Below are positions 18,533 through 25,977 of a stretch of DNA of 64,000 nt, one piece after another. Source of the DNA: a virus. Below the pieces are notes generated by a model. That model searched no databases, had not been told where the DNA came from, and saw only the letters and a list, made by a program, of their open reading frames with translations. Positions within the stretch are counted from its first letter, which is position 1, and every line of letters starts with the position of its first letter. The stretch covers positions 1 through 64,000 of the IMG/VR virus record IMGVR_UViG_3300025131_000013; one strand, given 5' to 3'. Made by a program: the position numbers and the translations under genes.

Positions 18533-18862
18533 CTAGTTCTGCTTCTTCTCCCGTGGCTTACCGGGAGCTACCGCCACATAGTTCCCGTTCTCCAATCGGG
18601 TAACTACCACCCGCCTCTTCGCACGGACGACGAAATTGGCGTAGAATAGCGGGTTGGCGATACCCGCCTCGGTCAGCTTTTCGAGCCAATCGACCTTACT
18701 GATTCCCGTTTTTCCCGCGTCCTGGAGAATCTGCCAGGCTCGGTTGCGACCCTCGCTGCGCTTAAACGGTGATCGCGCGTTGTGGTACGGGAGTGCGGAA
18801 CTGCCGAGACTCTCAGCGAGACTCGGAACGACCTGCGGCTGCTTCTTACTCTGGGTGCCCAT
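18533..18862 (-). CDS. Putative winged-helix nucleoid-like protein, minimal form (paralog C)
   Basis: RNRAWQILQDAGKTGISKVDW...RRVVV...GNYVAVAP; GAGGAG SD before MGTQ. Confidence 0.8.
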   Translation of the reverse strand: MGTQSKKQPQVVPSLAESLGSSALPYHNARSPFKRSEGRNRAWQILQDAGKTGISKVDWLEKLTEAGIANPLFYANFVVRAKRRVVVTRLENGNYVAVAPGKPREKKQN

Positions 18863-18910
18863 ATCGGACTCCTCATTTTTAGGTCTGAGGCCTATCCCCG
18901 ACCTGCATTT

Positions 18911-18939
18911 AATATAACGGATTCGCACTGAGATTCCTA
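18911..18939 (-). promoter_or_regulatory. Conserved early promoter copy (TAGGAA-N17-TATATT), minus strand
   Basis: Reverse complement matches the motif; upstream of paralog C. Confidence 0.75.
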
Positions 18940-18972
18940 ATGAAATCTTCGCTTTCAGCGAAAAAAGTTTCG

Positions 18973-19157
18973 CTGGATGATGCCCGATATATCAGAGATT
19001 TCAGTCAACGGGTGGCGTGGGCTGTGGTGTGCGGTGTTGTTGTATAGGGATTTCAGTCAACGCCGGGCGCTGATGTTGCGCGCGGTGTTGTATAGGCATC
19101 AAGCTGCACCAACGCGCCCCGGACATATGCTTGATGGTGGCTGATGGTGGCTGGTGG
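18973..19157. repeat. CA/TG-rich block 2 between two divergent promoters
   Basis: GATTTCAGTCAACG at ~18997 and ~19049, GCGGTGTTG..TATAGG twice, TGATGGTGGC repeats. Confidence 0.75.
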
Positions 19158-19179
19158 AAAAAAAAAGTTTCTGTTGGGC

Positions 19180-19208
19180 TAGGATTCCAGTTGTCGATTC
19201 GCTATCTT
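19180..19208 (+). promoter_or_regulatory. Conserved early promoter copy (TAGGAT-N17-TATCTT)
   Basis: Motif match with an upstream A-tract. Confidence 0.8.
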
Positions 19209-19251
19209 TAAATAGGTAGAGAATCCGCTCTACCTAAACGAAGGGAACGAG

Positions 19252-19458
19252 ATGGATATCCCTATTCTTAGGGGGATCGTAAAGTCCAGCGTATTAGAGC
19301 TAGACGGTTGCGTTAACGAATACGGAGTAGAGGTTGATGTATGCTCCGGAGGCGGCCCCAACGCGGGAGGCGTTACGATCCAGCTTCGGATTCCAGATCG
19401 AGACGAAATCTCGATTAGACTTCAGAACGACGGAATCTTCACGGTAGTCGAACTCTAA
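19252..19458 (+). CDS. Small early protein
   Basis: Follows a promoter copy; followed by a UUCG hairpin. Confidence 0.65.
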   Translation: MDIPILRGIVKSSVLELDGCVNEYGVEVDVCSGGGPNAGGVTIQLRIPDRDEISIRLQNDGIFTVVEL

Positions 19459-19465
19459 CCTCAAC

Positions 19466-19487
19466 GGGCGGGACTTCGGTCCCGCCC
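19466..19487 (+). other. GC-rich cUUCGg hairpin
   Basis: GGGCGGGAC-TTCG-GTCCCGCCC. Confidence 0.7.
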
Positions 19488-19505
19488 AACGAAAGCGAGG
19501 GCGAT

Positions 19506-19760
19506 ATGGTGGATGGAGTAAAGGAAATGTTCGAGGGACTTTGCGGGTTTCTAAACGAGGTTACTGAAGGATGGTTCCTTGATATTAATCCTGTGTCGCC
19601 GATAACCGGGACTGTGACCCTTATCCCGAACGGAGAGGGATGGGTTGAGATGGTGATTTCAGTCGAAGGTAAGGAGTTTTCGGTGAAGGTGGACGCCTAC
19701 GGAAAGACCGGATGTGAGTATGGAGATCCTTCCCCCGAACGTAATTGCTTTGGAGGATAG
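19506..19760 (+). CDS. Small early protein
   Basis: GAGG SD; ORF track. Confidence 0.6.
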   Translation: MVDGVKEMFEGLCGFLNEVTEGWFLDINPVSPITGTVTLIPNGEGWVEMVISVEGKEFSVKVDAYGKTGCEYGDPSPERNCFGG

Positions 19761-19770
19761 GACGAGGAAG

Positions 19771-19948
19771 AACGATCCGTTGACTGGGATATTACTTATT
19801 CAGTCAACGGATCGTTGTTCGAGCTGGTAGGTATTGCTGGCTGCTGCTGGTTGCTGGTTGGCTTTCAGCCAGTCAGTCAGCTTCCAGTCAGTCAGCCAGT
19901 CAGCTTTCAGTCAGTCAGTCAGAAATCACAACCGGCATAGGGTAAGCA
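19771..19948. repeat. CA/TG-rich block 3: 16-bp inverted repeat, then (G/T)CTG and (CAGT)n tracts
   Basis: AACGATCCGTTGACTG (19771-86) / CAGTCAACGGATCGTT (19801-16); TG-rich 19824-19860 followed by CAGT repeats 19866-19921. Confidence 0.85.
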
Positions 19949-19966
19949 CGTTAGAAAAACTAAGTC

Positions 19967-20000
19967 CTACTACTTAGCCTTAAGCGATACTAAGTAGTAG
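19967..20000 (+). repeat. 34-bp palindromic site L (11-12-11)
   Basis: CTACTACTTAG-CCTTAAGCGATA-CTAAGTAGTAG. Confidence 0.85.
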
Positions 20001-20187
20001 TGGGAAAAATCTACCGGAAGAAAATTCTTAAGAAAAAGATTAGTTTCGCTTAAGGGAAAAATCTTCCTCTACGAAAATTATAAGACGTTCTACTACTTTT
20101 CCGCTTAAAGCGAAATCTATACCTAAAAGCGAAAAAAAGGCGAAAAAAGACGAGAAAATTTTTTTTACGAAAAGCGAAAAAAAACGC

Positions 20188-20216
20188 TAGACTCGACTAG
20201 TTTAATACCCTATACT
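20188..20216 (+). promoter_or_regulatory. sigma70-like promoter TAGACT-N17-TATACT free of CA/TG
   Basis: Near-consensus boxes, 17-nt spacer, upstream A-tracts. Confidence 0.7.
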
Positions 20217-20429
20217 TAGACCTACGAACCCTAACGAAAGGAAACGAAGAAAAGAGTAAAAAGAGTAGACTCTAGGCGAAGCGGGAACTTAGGCTTTCGC
20301 CCTTACTACCTAGAGTCCTACCGCCGGATTATCGGGATAACCCTTAAATATCCGGCTTAAAAGGTTCCTAGCTTACCGTAAAAAGCTAGACTCGATTTAT
20401 TTTTTTTTACTTCTCTTTAGGAGAAAAAA

Positions 20430-20978
20430 ATGTCTCTCGATATTACCCCCGTAGAGGCCGCCGTAGAGGTCCCCGTAGTCGGAGACTCTAAGGACGCCGG
20501 GATATACGCCTATAACCTTTTCGAAGTCGCCCGGATCGCCGTAGCGCGGCGTCCTAAAGACGCGAAAAAGGTTAAGGTAGGAACCGAAGATCGAGGCGGT
20601 TATACTAGTCCCGATCGATACGCGTCCTTCCGGCTCGCGTTTTCCCTCTCTCTAACGAATTCCGAAGCTAAACGGGTAGCTATCGTAGCGCGCTTCTCCG
20701 AGACGTTAAAGATTCGGAAACGGATCGTAGACGCCGGAATTCCCGTAGGGAAGGGTTATACCTATAAGGAACTCGCGTCTACCGCCGCCGCTCTACGCTA
20801 CGGCGAAAAGTACTCCGGGTTCGTAGCGTTTCGACCTAACGGTACTCGATTCGCCGTAGCGGAAAAAAACGAGCGTTTCTTTCTTTACGTAGTAAACGCG
20901 AACGGAGAGGTTTTCCCTAACCTTCCCGAATCGCTTAAGGTTAAGGAGGTCGAGGGGGAGCTAATAAAGGTAGAGTAA
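20430..20978 (+). CDS. 182-aa protein encoded without CA/TG dinucleotides (no Cys, His, Gln, Trp or internal Met)
   Basis: AGGAG SD, own promoter and terminator; composition is visible in the translation. Confidence 0.85.
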   Translation: MSLDITPVEAAVEVPVVGDSKDAGIYAYNLFEVARIAVARRPKDAKKVKVGTEDRGGYTSPDRYASFRLAFSLSLTNSEAKRVAIVARFSETLKIRKRIVDAGIPVGKGYTYKELASTAAALRYGEKYSGFVAFRPNGTRFAVAEKNERFFLYVVNANGEVFPNLPESLKVKEVEGELIKVE

Positions 20979-20987
20979 TAAATTCGA

Positions 20988-21021
20988 CTCCCGGTCCTAA
21001 CGGACCGGGGGTTTTTTTTTT
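20988..21021 (+). terminator. Intrinsic terminator
   Basis: CCCGGTCC-TAAC-GGACCGGG followed by T10. Confidence 0.9.
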
Positions 21022-21046
21022 AGCCTATAGGGAAGTTCCTTCCCTT

Positions 21047-21080
21047 CGACTACTTAGTATCGCTTAAGGTTAAGTAGAAC
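21047..21080 (-). repeat. 34-bp site R, inverted copy of site L
   Basis: CGACTACTTAG-TATCGCTTAAGG-TTAAGTAGAAC is 30/34 identical to the reverse complement of 19967..20000. Confidence 0.85.
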
Positions 21081-21290
21081 TAAGCAGAACGGGGTAGGGG
21101 TTAAACGCTAATTTCTTAGCTTTTAACGTCTCAATTGGTCTGCTTACATACACGTGCAATTTTTTGGTGAAATTTGCTTCAGGAGGGTGTTAGTGAGTAG
21201 CGAGGAATAAGAGGGCCACAGCACACCCAACGGTGACGATTACCGAACCTGGCGATTCAGCAATGATGGCGATTAGCGCGTTTAGGAGTT

Positions 21291-21548
21291 TCATAAGTCA
21301 ACATACTTTCCGATGCCAACTCTGCAAGGAGGCATCATAGGGTTGATTTTGAGCTCAAGCTGTTCGAACACTTCGTAGGCTTGAGCGTGGTTGGCCATGA
21401 GGAAGGAGACTATCTCAAGATCGGGGGTGATCTCTCTGAAGACCTCCTCAGATGGGGCCATAGCCTCAGTTGGCTTCTTACCGTGCTCCCGCATCTGTTC
21501 GATTAGGAGTATGAGTTTGTGGAGTGTAGCGCGGTTGTTTGGGGTCAT
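21291..21548 (-). CDS. Hypothetical protein
   Basis: Coupled (ATGA overlap) to 21545..22000. Confidence 0.6.
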   Translation of the reverse strand: MTPNNRATLHKLILLIEQMREHGKKPTEAMAPSEEVFREITPDLEIVSFLMANHAQAYEVFEQLELKINPMMPPCRVGIGKYVDL

Positions 21549-22000
21549 AGGTCTACCTTGCTGTCATCCTTTATAGCGAATAGTCCTGCTGGCTTTGGAT
21601 TTCTGAGTCGAGTGACTAACTGGACGCTATTGCCAGTGTAATAACCTCCCTGACTGATGTCGACAAATATATCTCTGTCTTCCTCATCAGTCCGGGTATG
21701 GAATCTTTTGTTTCTATTTGGGCGATGATAGTCAGGAGTGAGGCTTATCCTAAGTCCACCCTTCTCTTCGCCGGCATCCCCACTGGATGTATCTTCAATA
21801 CACCACTCTGAGCCATTGTTGAGAGTGATATAGAACTTTCGACGATTCTTGGCGAATCGCTTTTTCTTGTCCTCTTGAGGCGGCTTGATGCGTCTCCTCG
21901 GGGGATTCCGACTATTGTAATGTTCACGTCTGTTCTTTTCTTCAATGCTTTCTTTGCGGTCACCTCTAACCATATCCCAAATCTTCATCTTGTTCTCCAT
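21545..22000 (-). CDS. Basic hypothetical protein
   Basis: ORF track. Confidence 0.6.
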   Translation of the reverse strand: MENKMKIWDMVRGDRKESIEEKNRREHYNSRNPPRRRIKPPQEDKKKRFAKNRRKFYITLNNGSEWCIEDTSSGDAGEEKGGLRISLTPDYHRPNRNKRFHTRTDEEDRDIFVDISQGGYYTGNSVQLVTRLRNPKPAGLFAIKDDSKVDL

Positions 22001-22252
22001 TGAGGGTTCAAAGACTTTTTTTAGTAATTAGCTATACCATGCTGACGTCTGATGAATAGTGAAGGCCAGAGCTTTTCCAAGCCCTGGCCTTCTCAGGAGG
22101 TCCATATAGCCACGGCATTAGTCGCTTCATCCCGTAACTAAAATAAGTATACAAAGTTGTAGCTCGTGTAACGATCCGGGTCAGTCCGATGTATATTTTG
22201 TTGACGAGAACAAACCATCCAATGCTTTTAAAAAGTAGGAGAAATAATTAAG

Positions 22253-22663
22253 ATGCTTACTTTAAAGCAAAGACAAGAGCGAAAAGCTGAGCTAAGTGCT
22301 ATGAATAAGATTTATCTGGTGAATGAATTGGTTGACGCCGAAGACACAATTGCTCGCAAAGAAATGAACATCGCTGATAATGTTGATAGGTTGTCAGAAT
22401 ATAAGGGTAAGCTCAGAAACAATGAGCGTGTTGTTGTTACCCGTAAGAAGCGCAAGGGTGACATGGATAAAATGGCCATCAAGAAATGGAAGGAATTTAC
22501 TAAACTGCAGATATGGGTTAATATCTTGGCTGCTATACCCAACATACTGGGTGCAGCAGCCACAAACGAGTACACCCATTTTATGTTGGCACAGCTATTT
22601 ACTAATGCCGTTATTGGACCGGCCATTTTCTACTACCAAAAGAAGCAGGAGAGATTTGGATAG
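22253..22663 (+). CDS. Coiled-coil/membrane hypothetical protein
   Basis: AGGAG SD; hydrophobic C-terminus. Confidence 0.6.
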   Translation: MLTLKQRQERKAELSAMNKIYLVNELVDAEDTIARKEMNIADNVDRLSEYKGKLRNNERVVVTRKKRKGDMDKMAIKKWKEFTKLQIWVNILAAIPNILGAAATNEYTHFMLAQLFTNAVIGPAIFYYQKKQERFG

Positions 22664-22804
22664 ACCTAAGAAAGCTGACGGCAATGTTATTTTTTTGTTT
22701 TACCCGGCTAGGCAGTATTTATTTGACTGGTATAGGGAATCGAGACCGATGATGCCTTAAGGGTTTGGGTAATGGCTGACCTTAGCAGAAATTAAGGAAG
22801 GTGA

Positions 22805-24622
22805 ATGTCTAGTTTGACCCACAAAAAAAAGAAAAGAAACAAAAAGACTGATCCTGGGGCTTTGCTTCGGGGTGAGCTTTCCAAGCACTTTGGCCTAGAT
22901 GTTGATGAGAGAGCAAACCTTGGATCGGAAAGCGAGGCTAAACAGTTCTTAGAAGAGCAAGATGAGATTTGGGATGAATATCCGGTGACATCAAGTATCT
23001 TCTTTGAGGATTGGATTCGAGAAAAGATGTACCCAATCCAACAGGAGCTGTGCGATGCCGTGCTGGGTGTACTTCCTACAGAGTGGCCTAACGACTTTGA
23101 GGAGGCATTTGCCTTATGGGGTAAGGGGTCAGGTAAGGATAGAACGTCTGCTAAGATGTGTGTCTATCAAGGATACCGGCTGATGTGTATGAGAGACCCT
23201 CACGCCTTCTTTAAGCAGAGCCAGATAGACATCGCCAATATGTCGAGGAATTCTCGACAGGCCAAGAAGGTTTATTTCAATAACCTCAAGGAGGTGGTCC
23301 GAAGATGTTTTGATCCCGCTACCAAGAAGAATTGGTTTGAGGAGCGGGGTGTTGATCTTCGGGAGCAGAAAGATATTCAGTCCGCCGAGATCCGTTTATG
23401 TGGGGCTCACAACGAAGCCCACCATATAGAGCAGGATATAACCTGTCATTCTTTGGATTCAGAGCAGAATACGGGTGAGGGCTTTAACCTGTTCTTCTCG
23501 GTCTTGGATGAGCTTGGAGACTTTGCTGTAGGTAATGGAATAGAGCTTCACGAGGCTATCACAGAAACAACAGTCTCCCGGTATGAGGGTTATGGTAAGG
23601 TAATTGCGATCTCGTTCATGTATAATAAGAGCGACCCATTCCAAATTATCTGGGCTCAGACTAAGGGTGATCCAAAGGTCTTCCAATCTGGACCCCACGC
23701 TACATGGGATGTGAATCTTGGAAGATCAAAAACTTCATTCTCCAGACACTACAAGCGCAATCCTATTCGTGCGCGTAGAGTTTATGAATGCAAAGTGGAT
23801 GATAAACGTTCAGGACTTATCAAGCTCAGATCGGTGGTGGAAAGGATTTTTAATAACGGTGATGTCCTCAATCCCGTTGCCGGTGGTTCTCCTGTCGTCG
23901 GATATTATCCTGAGATTATATCATCACCTGAGACTGTGAAGGCCTTGAGGTTTACGGAGCATTTCAAGCCTAAATCTTCCGCGTGCTATACGGTCCATAT
24001 TGATCTTGCTAAGGGTAAGGCCAAAGGTGACTCCGTAGGATTCTGTATGGCTCACCCGGAGAGAATGAAAGGCTATATAGATGAGGGGATGAAGAAGCTC
24101 TGGGTTCAGATGGGGAATGCTGTCGATACTGAGGAGGAAGTATCCAAAGGCGTAGTGTTCGATCTTATGCTAGGTATAAGGGGAGCAGACGCGACTCAGG
24201 AAGTCCGGTTGGCCGAGATTCGACAACTCATCTATCGTCTCAAGTTTGAGATGAGCTTTAATATCATCAAGGTTACAATGGATGGCTACCAATCAGCTGA
24301 TACGATACAGGAGTTAAATGAAAGGGGAATCCCAACCGAACTGTTATCGGTAGATAGAACTCCAGACCCTTACGAATCTCTTGTTGATTTAGCTTACCAG
24401 GGGCTTGCAAAGGCTTACCCTCATGTTGTTGCCCTAAGAGAGCTAGATGAGGTCGACAATGATGGTAAAACAGGCAAAATCGACCATCCTGCCCTGTCTC
24501 TTGTCCGAATGGCAGAGGAAGGGTTTGAAAAAGGTAGCAAAGATGTTTCGGACGCTATGGCGGGGGCCAGTTATACGTGTATTAGGGACATTCCACTTGA
24601 TTCGGGTGTCTTCTTTGGATAA
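22805..24622 (+). CDS. terL: Terminase large subunit
   Basis: Walker A WGKGSGKD, Walker B SVLDE, nuclease motifs HIDLA, MDGYQS, KIDHP...SKDVSDA. Confidence 0.92.
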   Translation: MSSLTHKKKKRNKKTDPGALLRGELSKHFGLDVDERANLGSESEAKQFLEEQDEIWDEYPVTSSIFFEDWIREKMYPIQQELCDAVLGVLPTEWPNDFEEAFALWGKGSGKDRTSAKMCVYQGYRLMCMRDPHAFFKQSQIDIANMSRNSRQAKKVYFNNLKEVVRRCFDPATKKNWFEERGVDLREQKDIQSAEIRLCGAHNEAHHIEQDITCHSLDSEQNTGEGFNLFFSVLDELGDFAVGNGIELHEAITETTVSRYEGYGKVIAISFMYNKSDPFQIIWAQTKGDPKVFQSGPHATWDVNLGRSKTSFSRHYKRNPIRARRVYECKVDDKRSGLIKLRSVVERIFNNGDVLNPVAGGSPVVGYYPEIISSPETVKALRFTEHFKPKSSACYTVHIDLAKGKAKGDSVGFCMAHPERMKGYIDEGMKKLWVQMGNAVDTEEEVSKGVVFDLMLGIRGADATQEVRLAEIRQLIYRLKFEMSFNIIKVTMDGYQSADTIQELNERGIPTELLSVDRTPDPYESLVDLAYQGLAKAYPHVVALRELDEVDNDGKTGKIDHPALSLVRMAEEGFEKGSKDVSDAMAGASYTCIRDIPLDSGVFFG

Positions 24623-24636
24623 GAGGGGTTAAGAGC

Positions 24637-25086
24637 ATGGAAGAGATAGAAGTCAAGGATGAAGATTGTGATTTAATAGGTGATGGGAGTGAAATATTTG
24701 ATGCTCAGGCCGAAATAGATAAGATTTCAGCTGAAATTGATCCAAAACAACTTAAAAAGCCAGAAAAGAGATCAAAAGAGATAGATTGGCGTGATAAATA
24801 CCGTGCAAAACGGTATTTGGCTCGTTCTAAGGAGTATTTGGCTACTAAATGGGTTGTTTTGCGCAGAAACTGGCTCAACTTACCGGGTTTTGCGGCAATT
24901 TTCACCAATACGCTTAGTGTTTTCACAGTAATAATGATGGGCCTTGCAATGTATTATTCGGTAGGCCACCTCAGGAACGGGGCTAATTTCACCCTTATTA
25001 TTGCGGGTGCGGTCCTAATTGGTGTTATCGGATGGACTAATAGTAGGATTGGCGATGCCCCGAATGAGAAAGACGACAGCCAATAA
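24637..25086 (+). CDS. Membrane protein (2 TM)
   Basis: Hydrophobic C-terminal half. Confidence 0.6.
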   Translation: MEEIEVKDEDCDLIGDGSEIFDAQAEIDKISAEIDPKQLKKPEKRSKEIDWRDKYRAKRYLARSKEYLATKWVVLRRNWLNLPGFAAIFTNTLSVFTVIMMGLAMYYSVGHLRNGANFTLIIAGAVLIGVIGWTNSRIGDAPNEKDDSQ

Positions 25087-25113
25087 GAGCACCCATTAGC
25101 AGGAGATTGCTCA

Positions 25114-25422
25114 ATGGAGCGCGGCCTTCACGACCACGATATATCTGGTAAAAAACCATCTTGTATCCAAAAAATAATAAAAACAATCCTTAAACCATTC
25201 ATCATGTTGAAAAATATATTAGATGGTAATTGGTGGGCAGAAAAGATTGCAAATAAAACAGGCATATATGATATAGCAAAAGAATCAAAAATACGCTTGT
25301 GGGCTTTAGGACTAACAGGATGGCGTTACTGGGCCTATCAAATAGGTGGTGGCATACTGTTTGTTATAATAATAGAGACTATATTAAACCAAATCAATCT
25401 TTCTATATTACCATGGAGATGA
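25114..25422 (+). CDS. AT-rich membrane protein
   Basis: AGGAG SD; low GC; Trp-rich. Confidence 0.55.
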   Translation: MERGLHDHDISGKKPSCIQKIIKTILKPFIMLKNILDGNWWAEKIANKTGIYDIAKESKIRLWALGLTGWRYWAYQIGGGILFVIIIETILNQINLSILPWR

Positions 25423-25602
25423 AGGCAGCAGCCAAGGCTAATTCTGACACCAAGAGATAGGCAATGGCTCTACAAACACTTATATTTGATTCCTTTATAG
25501 CTATTCCGCTAAATCAGAGACACGCCTTCCCTTCTATTGGTGTCAAGAAGAGGGCACAGGGAAAGTCACTCAAGGATGGCGGGGACAAAAGAAAGTGAAG
25601 CA

Positions 25603-25977
25603 ATGTCTTCCGAGAATGGTCAAAATGCTCCAATCACTCGTCGAGAAGGAGATAGAATATGGAAAACTGTCGACGAGCTCAAAAAGGAAGTAGTAGACAG
25701 GCATGATGACGTTCGTGAGAACTTCAGATTGGTGTTTAACAAGTTAGATAAAGTCAGGAAAGAGTTCTCGCGCTGCCCGATTTATGCTAAAACCTTAAAT
25801 GATGTCGAAGAACGCGTTGGTGAGCTTGAAGGTGAGTGCAGTAAGATGAAGGTTGAGGTTTACGGAAATCAGCAAAATAGGTTCTCGAAAGGTCTGGGGG
25901 TATTTACTCAGACTGTTACAGTTTGCGCTGTTTTGATAGGCGGCGTCTGGTTCTTAATCACGAAAGTAGCCCAATGA
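25603..25977 (+). CDS. Coiled-coil protein with C-terminal TM (holin/XhlA-like)
   Basis: Coiled coil plus terminal TM; start inferred. Confidence 0.5.
   Translation: MSSENGQNAPITRREGDRIWKTVDELKKEVVDRHDDVRENFRLVFNKLDKVRKEFSRCPIYAKTLNDVEERVGELEGECSKMKVEVYGNQQNRFSKGLGVFTQTVTVCAVLIGGVWFLITKVAQ

Noticed and set aside
18449-18917. Plus-strand ORFs 18449..18649 and 18654..18917
   Set aside because: Antisense shadows of the minus-strand paralog, which has its own SD and promoter
19967-21080. IS or transposon with terminal inverted repeats
   Set aside because: The enclosed protein shows no DDE or HUH transposase motif, and no target-site duplication is visible
19949-21084. Codon bias or ACA-cutting toxin avoidance as the explanation for the CA/TG void
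   Set aside because: The void includes non-coding and untranscribed DNA and removes both CA and its complement TG, which implies double-stranded DNA-level selection
22805-24622. Intein or intron in the terminase
   Set aside because: Normal length and uninterrupted motifs; no intein splice signatures seen
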